Below, piece after piece: positions 1 to 13,419 of a stretch of 64,000 nt of DNA. Positions within the stretch are counted from its first letter, which is position 1; every line of letters starts with the position of its first letter. Source of the stretch: Kondoa subrosea. Lineage: Eukaryota. The position numbers and the translations under genes were made by a program. The stretch spans positions 3,329,564 to 3,393,563 of the forward strand of contig BCIN01000002.1 in assembly GCA_039545335.1 (NCBI GenBank), in the 5' to 3' direction. The notes below the pieces were generated by a model. The model had not been told where the DNA came from, ran no database searches, and saw nothing but the letters and a program-made list of their open reading frames with translations.

Positions 1-7
1 TTTGCAG

Positions 8-2307
8 AATGGAGACCCCACGACACGCCCAGCAGCAAGAAGGTCGTCCACAGCATGGAGTTTTACAGGATTTAATTGCTCCAGCGTCTCATTTGAACAA
101 GCTAGGCCCTCTTGGACCAACAAGAGAAGCTTCGATTGGCTCTCATTCAGCGCATCCAGCAGGTCAAGCACAAGCATTTTCGCATTTACCGAAGAAGAAA
201 GATTCGATGACCGATTCGCATCCCTCTCAAACTCAGCATAATCTTGATCTGAAGCTGTTCCCCCTGACTCAGCAGGGACCTCATCGTGACCAGCATATGC
301 ATCGCGCCCTCGTAAACGAACACGAACAACAAGAAACTAGAGCTAATCTTCTTCCCTTTCAACATAAAGATGATTTGAATGTCAAGCAACATCAGCGCTC
401 CAAAGATATTGTTGATCCCGGCGCAGAAGAGATCAGAGTCAGCGAAAGACCTCACACTGGTGTTGGCGAAGCCATTGTAGCTTTTTCAGAGCATACTCAT
501 CCTGTCAAGCCTGTCAAACCTACCCATGGTGGTCTCAAAGCGCAACAAGAGGTACAGTGAGTCATTTTTTGCCCTTGTTGAATTCATTGTTCAGTGATAT
601 TGCCCTTTCTACAGCTTACCATCCAACGCTCGACATGTTGCAATCAATGGCACAAATTCCGAGCTTTATGCTCAGACTCACTATCCAGGCAAGGATGCAT
701 ATCATCCAAATGCACAATCAGCTGGACAGCAACAAGCTTATCCTCCATCTAATACTGATATGCTCAAGCCGCAAGATCCGCTTGTCGCTTCACATCAGCA
801 TATCAACCTGTATGCGCTCGCGCATGAAGCCAAGGACCAGCCTCACACTTATCAAGCTCTCCTTACCGCGCCGATTGATCACACAAAGAATGAAAAGTCC
901 AAACCCACTCCTGTTTCGGATGTCTCTCCTAATCACGGAAGTCGACCACCATTCGATCAGCAGCATAGCTCTGAAGCAGTGCAGACCATTCATCAGACAA
1001 CACAACACGGTCAGAAGCCACCAGGAACAGAACCCAATCATAATCGAGCAGATGAAAGGGAACCATTCCACGGAGCCGCTATTGGCCCTATAACTTTCCT
1101 GCCCTCTCAATCCGGTGCACAGAATGCGAAGCAGGAGCTTAGACCGGCAACTCATGTTCCACAACACGTGCCTGCTGCAAAGAAGGTCGAGTCGAAAGCG
1201 ATCGCATCCATCGAAACAGTCTGCCAGCACACTGAAGCCGCACAGTTTGGTCTAGCTTCATCAACTCTCGGACCAATACCCTCTGCATCAGCTCAAAAAA
1301 AGAACCAGCAACTTGCGGATCAGCAACATGCATTAGCCAATCAGCAGCTACAGCAGCCGCATCAGAAAATTTTGCAGCAGCAACAGCACCATAAAGGCAA
1401 CTATCTAGCTCCAGGCTATAAGCAAACCCAGAAGCCTTATCTTTCGCATCAGAACATGGGTTACAACAGTAATCCAAGTCAGAACTTTCATCATGGCAAC
1501 GGTATGATACCTCAATCGGCTTTGGGATACAATCAAGGCGCGATGGGGATGAATATGCCTCAGTCGTACATGAACGGATATGCTCAACAAGGCTTCCCAA
1601 TGTCTCAACAGAATGCCATGATGCCAATGCAGCCTAACGGAATGCCAATTCCGGGTGGAATGCCACCTCAAATGCCTATAGGCGGTTCGTCAGCACTCCC
1701 TCCTTCGCAACCTTTTGCTGGCGGTTCAGCTGCTCCTTTCAATACTGGCATGCCCCCGATGTCTAACGAGATGGGTCCTTCTTCTATGCCTCCAGGAGGA
1801 GATCAATTTGGTGCTCCTCCATCTGCTTTTCCTCCACGATCTGATCCAGCAGGCTTCCCTTCAAACCATTCGAACAACATGCCTTCTAAACCTGGAGTGC
1901 TGCCTTCCATGCCGGCTGATAATAGGATTAAACCCGCTACGGATAGTGATAGATCCAGAAGTATGCCTGGTCATGATCTCCATCCTGAGGAAGACGCTGT
2001 CGGAGCATCGAACGAGTTGAAACGGCATCTTATGCGAAGGTCTTCTGATCCATCCGCATCTGGTCATGGCGAAGATGATTCCAAATCACATGACTTTGAT
2101 TATGATCACCACAAGAAGAGGCAGCCATCAGGTAAATTGGACTACCTGGAGCAGCGAATCTGACTTTGACTGACATTGGCTACAGGTCACGCCGAGCTTA
2201 AGCGACATTTTCACTCTTTGTCCAAAGAAGAGCAAGATGCCGTAGCAAGAGAAACACGTTGTCCATTCTTGCGACTTTTCCACTCTCACTCTCATAAAAC
2301 TCATTGA
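8..2307 (+). CDS. Low-complexity Q/H/P/M/G-rich protein, 5' end outside the window
   Basis: A splice acceptor (tttgcag) ends at 7. Long open frames run 9-556 and about 615-2131, with introns at about 557-614 and 2132-2185. The last exon ends ...CPFLRLFHSHSHKTH-TGA. No recognisable domain. Confidence 0.65.
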
Positions 2308-2514
2308 AAGCCGAAGGAAGGAATTTGTTAACGATTATCTAGACTACTGTATAGCATGCTCATCTACCAATTCATTCATGTCATGTATAACTTTCACGCG
2401 TTTCGAGCGCAATGACGTATCTTCGAAGTTCGCGCGCCGTTCTTTGACTTTTGACTCTCTTGTCCTTCAACCGTTTCTTACGCAATCTTAGCAAAGCAAA
2501 CGAACATATAAAGC

Positions 2515-4655
2515 ATGAGCTACTCTAACGATAACAACCCTACAAGCACAAGAGGCATTAGCTCGTAAGCTACATTCCGACTTTTGCACTGGCCTTCTTT
2601 TGCTCATTCATTGCGTTCACTCTATCCAGTCTGGACAATGTTGGCAACGTAGGCGATCTGGCAGGCTCCCTAGGCTCTGTCTCCAGCGGACAGCCTTCCC
2701 AAACGTAAGCATTTTCCACGTCACAGCTTTCAAAAGTGGGTTCTTATCGTTCAATACAGCTTCTCTAACACTACTGGCTCAAACTACACAAGCGGCTCGC
2801 CTAACGTAAACACTTCTGGATCTGGTTCCACTTCATCTGATTTCTCTCAGTCGAACCTACCCTCAAACTTTAATTCTTCTGATCCCGGAGCTTCGATGAA
2901 TTCTGCAGGCCAAGGTTCTTTCACTTCAAGTGGAACCAACCTTTCGCAAGGTTCTTCATTTGGCAGCACTACTGGCATTCCAGGTGATTCAGCAGGATCA
3001 TCTGGTCTCAGCTCAGGTTCCCAATTCGGTGTAACCAACTCTATGACTGCTGGATCCGTTAGTCAGAGCACTTCTCAAACTCCCGGAATTTCTGGCTTGA
3101 ACCCTGAAGCTATCCAAACTGGTGCTACTAACCCATTCACTTCTGGTTCTTCTCTTTCTTCCACCACTAGCCAAAATGCTTCTGCGAGTGCTTCAAACGC
3201 TGCAGATCAAGCCAAAACCAGCTTATCTAGCACTGCCGAACAAGTCAGATCCAGCTTACCTTCTACTGAACAAGTCAAAGCAAGCATTCCTTCTGCTGAA
3301 CAAGTCAAGGCTAACATCCCAAGTGCTGAACAAGTGAAAGCAAACTTGCCGAACCTTAACAACACCAATGTCAACGTTGGTCCTCCCATTGGAAACGATG
3401 GCTTGAACCCTGGTGTTCAGACTACTTCAGCTGGAGGATCTACTCCAGGTGGCATTGTCAAGGTTTGCCAGCAGTGACCATTCGATTTCAATATGACTTA
3501 TAAGCGTTTTCTTAGGGACAAGATCACGTTGAATCGCTGGTTGCTGGAATTGGAGGCATTCTCCTTACCGCTCCTTTGGCAGCTGGAGAATTCATCGCAG
3601 GCAAAGTTCATCATCACGCTGATAGAGCTAGGGAAGTTGCCAACCAGCAAGGACTCGGCAATGTCGCTCAAGCTACTAGCGGATTAATGCAGAACGTTTC
3701 CAATGTTGCTCAGCAAAAGGTCAACCAGCTCAATGCTTCTCGTGGACCTGTAAGTGTTTCGGTATAGCATGCAATTCTTTGCTCAGGTATACGTAATATT
3801 ACAGGACGCCGCACCTATCTCACAAACTTTGTCTGAATATGCTACTTCTGCCGCTCAACAAGCTCAAGCTTTGGCTGCTCAAGCTGTTCAAACTGCTCAA
3901 GGTTTGGCTGGACGCGCTCAAGAGAACGCACCTTCTACTGGACAAGTCAAAGAGACAGCCAACAACGCAGCAGCTCAAACATCTCAAGCTGCGGGCGGAA
4001 TTGGCGCTACTCTCAACTCCTACATTCACTCAGCTCAAGATGCTGCGACCAACTTGGCACACAGCGTTCAAGATCAAGCTCAACATCTTGGTGAACGCGT
4101 TGGATTGACTTCACCACACGCTGCGACTCATCCAGCTACTGGCTCAACTACTGCTGCAACTGAATCTACTTCATCTACAGGTGCACCATCTTCATTCTCT
4201 GGAGCTGGTTCATCTGGCATGTCTGGTATCTCTCAAAGTACAACTCCTTCTTCTGGCAACCTCTCATCAGACAACACCGTTTCCGGTCGATACGACTTAG
4301 CTGCTGGTGAAATCCCATCGGAAACCGTGACCAAAACTTCCACCGCTGGCATTCAACCACCTGTCAACTCTTCCAACCCTTTCAACACTGAATCTTCTTC
4401 TTCTTCGGCTACTTCCAACAATCCATTCACCGGATCTGCTTCTGGCGCTACTTTACCTTCCCAAACTCAGAGCTCTAACAGCGGTGCTACTGGTACTGTG
4501 AATGAGTCTTTGGGTTACCCTGATTCGATTGCTCAGCCAGGTAGGTAGCAGTGATGGCCGTCGTTAGTCTAAGACTGATCAGGCCCCTCTCCTGTCCTAC
4601 AGGAGCTGCTTCATACGGACAAGGTAAACTCGGCTCTGGTCAAGAATACCAGTAA
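2515..4655 (+). CDS. Ser/Thr/Gly/Ala-rich multi-exon protein with NPF motifs and amphipathic AEQVKA repeats
   Basis: ATG at 2515. ORFs 2896-3477, 3576-3767 and 3754-4548 are joined by short introns, and the last exon reads GAASYGQGKLGSGQEYQ-TAA. The protein has three NPF motifs. Confidence 0.7.
3220..3351 (+). repeat. Coding tandem repeat, 30-bp (10-aa) period, about 4 copies
   Basis: Translation SLSSTAEQVRS-SLPSTEQVKA-SIPSAEQVKA-NIPSAEQVKA-NLP; the DNA motif gaacaagt recurs every 30 nt. Confidence 0.85.
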
Positions 4656-5002
4656 ACGTGGGTCTTTGCATGCGGTGAAACATGAGACTTAGTATGAGAT
4701 GAACATGAAGGGGGGAAAAGGCAAGGAAATGTATATAGAAGCTTACGTACACGCAAAATGATGAGTCACGGGAAAGATACACGTCCCTCTGCAGTTTGCT
4801 AGATCTTTAGAGTGACAGAGTCACCCAGTCGCGTCGAACTCCTTTGTTTTGAGTCGGCAACAACTTGTGTCAAACTCAAACTTCCATTCTCTCGCAATTG
4901 ATCTCTCCCTTCCCAGCTGACAACAAGACTGGTTCTCTGATATATACACACTCACACTCCTTTACACAGCACACACTCTCTTTATCCTATTTACAAGTAA
5001 AA

Positions 5003-6192
5003 ATGGTGAACCATGCATCCAACCGACTCAGCTTGGCTCCTTCTATCAAAGTCCACGTCACACCTAAAGCAAAGAATGCCATCCTGCTATCAAGATTGTT
5101 AGCTTATTTGTTCATTTACGTGTTCTCTATTGGAGAGATTGTCATTTCCTCTGCTGTACTCGTTCGTCTCCATTTTCTCTCCATCTCCACAGGTTTAGAT
5201 GCTTATGCTTTGGGTGTGAAAGGCCTATTCGGTAGGAGTGTACAGAGGTGGATACATAGCATCAAAGTACGTTTGCTTGAAACTTACCGAGGTTTAGTGA
5301 GCTAATTGATTCCGGAAACAGTCCACAATTAGTGGCTATCTCGTCCCTCACTTTCGTCACAATCACTTTCCTCCTCTTTTGCGGAAGAGTAAGAAGAAGA
5401 ATCGTGATTTGGATGGAATTGATCGCGTTGAGTTTTCTTCACCTCATTTTGTTCCATTCGTTAGACTCATATTTGCGAATTGGCGATACTTTCAGTCTGG
5501 CTATCTACTCCGGGTTAGTCGCCAAAACCTAAGGGAAACGAACAATTAGCTGATAAAAGGCGATCAGGTTATGGTTCTTCTCCCTTATTAGGATGCATGT
5601 AGCTACACCCGGCTTAATCTTACATTGCGTGAGTTGGGATTACAATAGGCAATGGCAACGAGCTAATCAATCCTCTTCTGCTCAGGGTGGATTCGTGCGT
5701 CTTGCATAATGATTGGTAAAGTCTATACTGACTTCCGCGACCATTCCGGCGTACAGCCTATCTGCAAAGGTCAGATTGTTGCAGCGCGTTGCTGTGTCAT
5801 CAAGCTGACATCTGCTGATACTTAACAGGCTGGATCACGATTCTCTTCTTAGCTTGGTTTGCTTGGGGTAGTACATGCTGGGCTATGGTGACTTTGATCG
5901 TGGGAGGTCAGTCGCGAGCTAAAGCCTCTCAGGTTATGTCTGATGACGACCTCTCATTTGACTGACAGCCGTTTACGCCCAACGAAATCCAAACGTGCAT
6001 ATCAAAGAAAGCGTCTGGAAATCCTATGCTGGTCACTACTTTGATCCAACTTTCGGCAATCGATTAAGTATGATGACTATTCGAACTCAAGAACCTGACA
6101 ATTCCACCGATCTCTTCTCAAGAGAAATCAAGGGTCATTTCAAAGAAAGGAACAATAGTATCGATCAACGAAGTCAGTTCACTATTGAGTAG
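5003..6192 (+). CDS. Small multi-pass membrane protein (MARVEL-like topology, tentative)
   Basis: Several hydrophobic segments (LLAYLFIYVFSIGEIVISSAVL, VAISSLTFVTITFLLF, WMELIALSFLHLILF, GWITILFLAWFAW) are spread over short exons, followed by a polar C-terminal tail. Confidence 0.55.
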
Positions 6193-6300
6193 TGCAACTT
6201 CATAAAGAAGGACAATTATTATTTTCGATCGTTTCGTCAAAAAACGCATAGTCATACATTTTTTTCCCAATCATTGCCCAAGGGTGGATATTACATTCAT

Positions 6301-8233
6301 TTACAAACCCAAGATATCCATTAACCTTTGTTTTCCATTTGATACCTGTTCATCGTAATTTTGCATCTGTAATTCTAACTCATCTTTTGTCCGCGAGAAA
6401 GAATCCTCAATCAATTTCTTGTACCAATCAGCAAGGTTCATCCCCAATTCTTCTTCACTTATAGGAGCAGATTCGGTATCCAGTACAGAGAAAGGGTCTT
6501 CGGATTGTATTGTAGACGAGATAGGAGCCAGGAAAGAAGTGGTGGGAGCTGTATTGTAAGATTCTGGTTCTTCTTGATCCTCTTCCTGATCATCTTCTTG
6601 TATCTGGGAAAGATCTTCCCTTGCTGATGATACGGCTATAGGAGAAGTAGCTTGTTGGATTATAGGTTGTGAAGGTATCGATCGATCTGGCGACAGATTC
6701 TGACGTTGAGGTGATTTGACAGGTCTAGGAGGTGGAGAGGGAGGACGAGTCATTATAGGTTCTGTTGGTGCTATCGGTATTGTTTTCGCTAAAGAAGGTT
6801 CAGCTGAAGGTTCTGCCATTTCGGCATCTTCTGGCTGCTCTGACGCTTGATCAATCGGTTCTTGATCTTCTTCCTCTTCTTGTGTTCCATTCATCTCAAT
6901 ATCCCCATTCTCTTTCAGTTCCTCAACTTCCTCTTCCTCTGGTTCCTCTGGAACCATCTCTCTCTCTTTCTCCTTCTTTCGCGAAGAAGCAGCAACTTTA
7001 GGTTTACTGCTCATCAAGCCTCCCGCTTTTGTACCAGCTTTCTCTTTCGCAGTTACTTTCACACTCTTACTGACTCCGGCTCGTGGAGGGTCTTCTTCTT
7101 CTTCATCATCATTATCATCATCGTTATCCAAAGCTAAAGAGTTGAGATTGAGACTAGGTGCAGAAGCTGGCATCCTATTCCCATTTTGCTGAGGGTAGCT
7201 TGGGGTAGGTTGAGAGAAAGAGGGTTCAACAGATCCATTCCGAGTAGCTCGAGTTGTTCTACGCGTGCTTTGTTGCTGTAAGGATACGATGGAAGGCGGG
7301 ACTTGAGTTGAGGCGCGGGATGAAGCTCGAGTAGATCTAGTCAGGACTGCCGTGGCTGGTGTTTGATCTGTTTGTTGAGGAAGAGGAGGTGAAGGTGAGC
7401 GAGAAGGAGGAGGTTTCTTCCGGGTTGGAGGTCTAAACGATGGTCAGTCAAAGTGAAGTGAGGCTATAGAGTCAGATAAACTTACTTCTTTTTGGCTGGT
7501 ATGAGTTCTTCCCAGCCATCTGGATCTGCTGAGGGCGCTCTTGATTGCTGTTGCGAAGAACCATTTATCGAAGTAAAGAATTGACATGAAGGTGCTCTTC
7601 GGTAATGCTCGTCTCTGCAACCGCAATAAGCCAGACCAGTGTAACGAGCAATCATGATTACCTAGGACTGTCACCTTCCTCCCAATTGCCTAGCTGAATA
7701 TTGCAGTAACAGCATGACACCAGGTCATCGCCTTGTTCGCTCGCGTTCCGATAGAAACCAGCAGCAACCATGTCTGCTATCTTTGGAAAGTTCTTCTTTG
7801 TAGTCTCATGAGGCCACCACTTGTCTGCCTTCTTGCCAAACGTATCTTTCCTCAATTTGGCCAGATCTTTGTCATCCGTTAGACCCAATTCGAGCAGTTT
7901 TGCTTGACCAGATCGTAAGAGAGCATAAGCACAAGCTTTCTTTGCTGAAGCTTTGCCTTTGATGACATGTTTGAGGTGTTCAGCTAAAGCAGTGTCTCCT
8001 TCTTCCCAGCCGCCCAGGCTCTTGTTGCACAAGTAACACGTCACATTATCTTGAGCGTCTATGGATGGAGCATAATAGAAACCAGCAGCAGCCAAAGACT
8101 CAGGCGTGACCGAATGGTTCGCAGGTAAAGGCCAATCCAGAGAAGTAGCAGCTTTCTTGCTACGCTTGCTTGCAACTGGCGCTGATTGCTGGAAGCTGGC
8201 TATACGAGCTTTGTAGGTATAGGCTGCTTCCAT
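6301..8233 (-). CDS. BIR1: Bir1/survivin-like chromosomal passenger protein with two BIR domains
   Basis: Two BIR repeats: LAAAGFYY...VTCYLCNKSLGGWEEGDTALAEH and MVAAGFY...VSCCYCNIQLGNWEEGDSPR|DEHYRRAPSC. A long acidic/proline linker and a C-terminal coiled coil follow, as is typical of fungal Bir1. Confidence 0.9.
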
Positions 8234-9032
8234 TGCATTGAAGGCAAAACTCGGTTGATGCAGATCAAAACAGTGCACGAAATTTGAGAGACGAGTGTTG
8301 GAGAGAAACAGTCATGCGATGTGTATGCGGTCATCTGCAGCACTGCTTTCGAACCAGCTGCTTCTGCTATCGTGATCTCACTTGTATCTGCTGAATCTAG
8401 CCTGAGCTGGTAGCATGTTGAGACTTGTGTGGCATTTGCCTTCTGTGTTCTACTCTCTTTTCACAGTCTTCGCTATACTTTTATTGCTCTTTTGTCCTTT
8501 CCTGCTCCGATTCATGCGTTCCTGCAGTTTATAAAGCTGCAATCCAAAGTAACCATAGCCCAGTGTTGGGTCTCCCTTATTCACGCGGGATGTCTGTCTG
8601 GCAAGCAGTAGCTTTCTTCCTGTTTCGTCTTCAAGCTTTATCAGAAGGAAACTCCGATCATTTGGGGACCTTGTCAAGTGTGCTCGTCAGGATACAGATG
8701 GATACAGCATCGATCTAAGTTCTCTCAAAAGGACCAGCAGTTAATGAGTGATTATACCTTTGCTTGGGCCGTACTATCGTATTCTTATAATCATTTGGCC
8801 GATTCCATGGCTTTGATGTCTGGGCACATAATGTCCGAATAGCCATCATCGTGAGCACGATGCTGCCAAAGTCTGGTGACTGTCTCGTAAACTAGAAACA
8901 AATGAAGGAATATGCATACGAATTGAAGTACAAGAAGAAAATGTCCATGCCCATACAATGCAGCCTCAAAGAGCGGACGAGCTAGCTTTACGAAATCAGC
9001 CTTACGATCAGGATATGCGTGGAAGTCTTACC

Positions 9033-9780
9033 TCATGAATGTGAAGCACCATGTGAAGCCATCTAACGAATTTACGACCAGCTTTCAACAGTGCTTTAGA
9101 GATGAGCTGCAGCCGAACTCACCTCTTGCTCCTTCTTCTGGTTTTTGCGCCACCTCCGCGTAGCCTGTTACGCGTATTCAGCCACGTGCCAAACCCTGAT
9201 TTGATAGCGAAGACCGACTAGCTTTTTCTGCAACTGCCTCCTGCTCGACTTTTGCTCCTCATTCAGCACTATTACCAGAATTTGCTTCATTGTTTGGCTT
9301 GGCTTAATGAACTCACTGTCAGGTTTGGCCATTAATAGTAAGGTTTCGGTACCGGTAAAATCTAGAGCGTCTGTTGGAGGATTCATCAGGCACCTTCATT
9401 AACATATGCTTGGGCCTTGTGCTTACGCATCTCTTCTTCGAGGGCGGTGTGACAGGCTTGACTTCCCGCGGCTGGACCAGAAGCCATAACTCTCGGCTGA
9501 GTAGGATGAAGGCCTTCATGATACGGCACACTTTCATTCTGTCAAACGAGTCAGACAGCAGTAAAACATTCAGGAGAATCCTGACGCTGTAATGCAATTC
9601 GGCCGCATATTCAGCTGACTAGACAAACAATAGTATGATGAGCAGGAATCAAGACATTTGTAGTTGACCTACTATCTGGGTGTAGGGTGATGGAGTATGC
9701 TCAGAGCCGTGATGCAAAAAGTATTGATGGGCAGGGCCGGCTCCGTTTGATTTGATATGAGGGTAAGGGAGCGAAGTCAT
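9033..9780 (-). CDS. Small 7-exon protein with a bZIP-like basic region and no leucine zipper (paralog A)
   Basis: Manual splicing gives an open frame: MTSLPYPHIK...YTQI|SAEYAAELHYS|NESVPY...EEEM|HALDF...KPD|MLNEEQKSSRRQLQKKL|ATRRWRKNQKKEQE|MASHGASHS-TGA. Intron positions match those of the paralog at 26783. Confidence 0.65.
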
Positions 9781-11690
9781 GATGCTTAGTATCGAAAGAC
9801 TACAAATGAAGAGAGGGAAGAGTTGGTGAGACGGTTAAGAGAAGAGAGAGGAGAATATTAATCGAGCGATTTTGTCTTCTGAAGAAGAAAGGGGTTGTCT
9901 CGGATTTGGAACATATGGCTGAAGATTATCACGTGGCATTGCCAAGAGAGCACTGGTAAGAGATACGCAATGCAAAGCAGACCACTGAAGGATAGCAGTA
10001 GCTTGAAATCGTGACAAAAGACCTGCGGATGCCGCGAGATACCGGACAGACGTCAAGAGATGCAATACAGGCCAGGCGATGTAATGTGATATCCTCGCAA
10101 GGGGACGATTGCTGCATACGCTACTACGACAGTACTCAATCTGGAAGTTCTCGTATTTTGCCGGAGGCACAGCCGCAGGACGATAATATCCGCCAGCTGA
10201 ACGAGAAGCATCAATTGCTAACGAGACGAGTAAAGGCGCTTGAAAAGCCTAAGATCACGAGACAGACAGCAGTGGAGTTGAGGAGACCAGTTCAGCTTAA
10301 TTCGGATCTGCTCGATACAAACGCAAGAAGACTAGATACCCATAACCTTAGGATAGCAGTAGAGCCAAAGGAGACTGGGCAACAGGCAGCTTGATATTGC
10401 GTCCATTGACTGAAAGGACTAAAGCGTATTTAGCAGAGCATTGTAAAGCCGAAAATCACGGAAGCAGATAGCCTGTTCCAGTACTTGAGATTGTACTTGT
10501 ACATATACAGGCAATTCGTTCGTCCTTCAAAGAGCTCAGGGTCTTTAGATTTGATTTTTCGACTCCAACCTGAAGTCTTCAAGCAATCCCGACATTCCAC
10601 GATTGAGGCATTGTTGATGACGAAGTGATCCGACTGAACAATCAAATTGCAATCAAGAGCCGCTTGTCTTAAGTGTCTTCCTTGGTATCTTCGGCGTTTG
10701 GCAAAGAAGCCAGCTTTTCCGCAAACGAGCGAACGTCGACAGCAGCTTACCAGCCAGACCCTGCCAGAACTCTCCCAAGAGCGAGTACACTAGGACAGCA
10801 TTATACACGAGTTCGGGAGCTCCGCAGCCAGCTCAGCAATCTTCTTGCAACAGTGAAAGCATTCTACGCAAGTCATAGTAGGATACTTGGAAAGCTCTGA
10901 CAATAATGGAACTCTCTCTTCTGATCTCATTCAGCGACTACCAATATACGTTGATCTTCACGTCAAAGCTGCAGAGAAGACCGATTGGGCAGGCTTAGTA
11001 AGAAATGACAGGCTTCCAGGTCGCCAGATGAGCGTGCAAGACACACCCTCAGATGCTCTGAAACTCATCGTGTATCGTCGTCTTCTGAGTGAATCACCTG
11101 AAGTCATGATAACGCTCTGGAGAAGGGAATGGAACAGGCATCTAGGCGATTCTAACACAGCGACTGGTTTGACTGTGCTCAGGAATATGTGCCTCAGCAT
11201 GCAGTATACTTTCCTTGCTTCCAATTACAGCCGAGATCTCCCCTTCGACGATGCAAGGACTCTACTTTGTTTGGCACTTTGGGCAAATCTCGCTTACGTC
11301 GTGCAGGCAATTGCTGCCAGAGGTCTACCCTCTCATAATTGGGCTACAGTTCTTCTAGAAGCACTAGGCAGAAGGCCAGCGATGGTTGATAGTATTCTCG
11401 AACTATACAGAGACGAACCAGAAGTCATTAAAGGCTTTAAAGGCTGGCTAGACATCTTCTTTTTTACGCAACTCAAACGAAGGATCGATTGGATGGCCAG
11501 GATGAACAAGCTCATCTGGAACTCGCTCTAATTCGAATAGCTGCTGCTTTTCGTTGGTCTGTTCCTCAAGACAATATGAATCGAGTCCCTTCACATGCAA
11601 GGGTCGATATAGAAAAGGTCTTAAGACAGCAAACCTCAACCGAACGCTTCGCTCTTCTCTATTGTGATCCATTGTTCAAAATGACTCTCA
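9033..11690. repeat. Arm A of inverted segmental duplication (partner about 24905-27550)
   Basis: The reverse complement matches 24905-27550. Examples: 9836-9911 vs 26659-26740, and the proteins of ORF 10887-11531 and ORF 25088-25687 differ at only about 8 of about 180 residues. Confidence 0.9.
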
Positions 11691-12029
11691 GGGCATGCGA
11701 TTTTGGTTGTGTGAAATGCTTAGCGTACTTCAGCACCGACACTATGGAGAAGGCTCAAATGCGTATAGCTGGAACAGCACCCAAATTCTCTTGTTGCAGC
11801 CTGTTAGTTCGAATTCTTGAGGGTACCAGAAACGCGAATTGATATGCTTGGCTGCGCTCTTTTCAGCTGCGGTATTGCGATGTATTGTGGTAAAAAGTGT
11901 CAGACTGAAGATTGGGATCATCATAAGGGAAAATGTGCTGGAAGAAGGCGAAAGAAGCATGCTGCAAAAGATAAAGAAGGGCGAAAGAAGGCTAGTGATT
12001 CATATTTACTCAAGCGCAATAATATGTGA
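10029..12029 (+). pseudogene. MYND zinc-finger protein, apparently disrupted (copy A); 5' end uncertain
   Basis: The C-terminal MYND signature reads CALFSC-GIAMYCGKKCQTEDWDHHKGKC. The T-run at 11457-11465 is 2 nt longer than in copy B and shifts the frame. A TAG at 11805-11807 may be a second lesion or a splice acceptor. Confidence 0.65.
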
Positions 12030-12424
12030 GTGTTCTGACTCATGATATGTGACCGGCTGAAGCGTTTTGGTAGATCATCAAGTCGATTGTCGAAACCAGT
12101 AATGTCGAATACATGTCAAGTAAACTCTCAGCCGTGCTGCAATGCAAGATTCTGCCCGATTTTGCAAATACTCGCAGTCGCTGGACTCATCAATCGAGTC
12201 TTCCGCTAGTTTCTTTCAAAAATGTGAAGCGTATATCAGTACTTCTATGGCTACATCTTCAAAGAAATGCTCTCTTCCGTTATTCTATTGATCAAATTGT
12301 TATTAATCGGGCCAGTACGACACAAATGCCTTCGTCCGCCTTGAAGCCTCGTAATCTATGTAATGAGGCCGCAGCAATTGAACCCCAACTGCATACTTCT
12401 TCGCAATGCTTGCTTCTGAGAAGC

Positions 12425-13194
12425 ATGGCACAATCACCTTACAATCCTGCTACTTATGCTGGCCCTCCTGATATTGCCAAGAAGGCTTGAATGAGCTCCC
12501 TTCTATCAAATTGCTCGACCCCACTCCCGAACTCTCTGAAATCCTCTTGTGATTTATGCCTTTTTTCTACAACCTGCCTGGAACAAGCTTGAGCGATAAA
12601 GATTTCCGAAATCATTATAGCTCTATATCGATTTGGCGAGAAATGGATAATGTCCCGAGTTGTAGGACACGCCGTGGGGAAATTGAATAGCATGTAAGTC
12701 CGAACGCGATGTTGCTTTTCAAGGCCTGATTCTGTATGACTGTACAGGCAACTCACCTCTGTCAAAGCTTACACTCTATACTGTATCGCCTCTCGTCATT
12801 CCAATCAAGATTTGATGTTTACTTCAAAAGAATGCGCAGCGAAGCACTTTCTACTGAAAATTAAGGACACGCGAGAAGTGATAGAGGAGGTTGATGCATG
12901 TCACTTAGTGAGCTTCCGATGATGAACGGGCTATCAATCTAATAACGTGTGATTCAGGTTAACTTTGCCATTCTCATACTGCAGTCGACCGTAGCTCAAG
13001 TCCGGGCTGCTTCTGAGCGCGAGAGGGAGGAGAAGATCTGCTTTGAGGAACGCTGGAAAACACTGCACAGAACAATCAATCGATACTTTGAGCTTCAACC
13101 TCGATTGCAATATTTGACTGCGAGTTGGCCGGTACCTCGACCCTTCGCAAAAGTTTCGGCTGCACTGGATGTCCTTCTGAAGGAGGCATGTTGA
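12425..13194 (+). pseudogene. Decayed or unresolved intron-containing gene remnant
   Basis: Intron-like segments occur at about 12694-12748 and 12908-12958, and a protein-like last frame runs 12959-13194. The upstream frames contain several stops. Confidence 0.3.
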
Positions 13195-13419
13195 AGCGAT
13201 GAAGGGTCTTCGGAAGTGTCGTCGTCGGCTGTTTGTGCTTAGTCCGCCAGTATTTGCAATATTACCTGTAGATTGACGTGTCTGACGACTCCGACTAATC
13301 GCGTTCTGTCACGCATGGCGACTGCGAGGATAATTGAAGTCCCAAAGTAGGGCTGGCGTCTATATAAGAATTGAAAATGCATGCACGAAATCCCAAACCA
13401 AACAAAGTTCCCGCTATAC

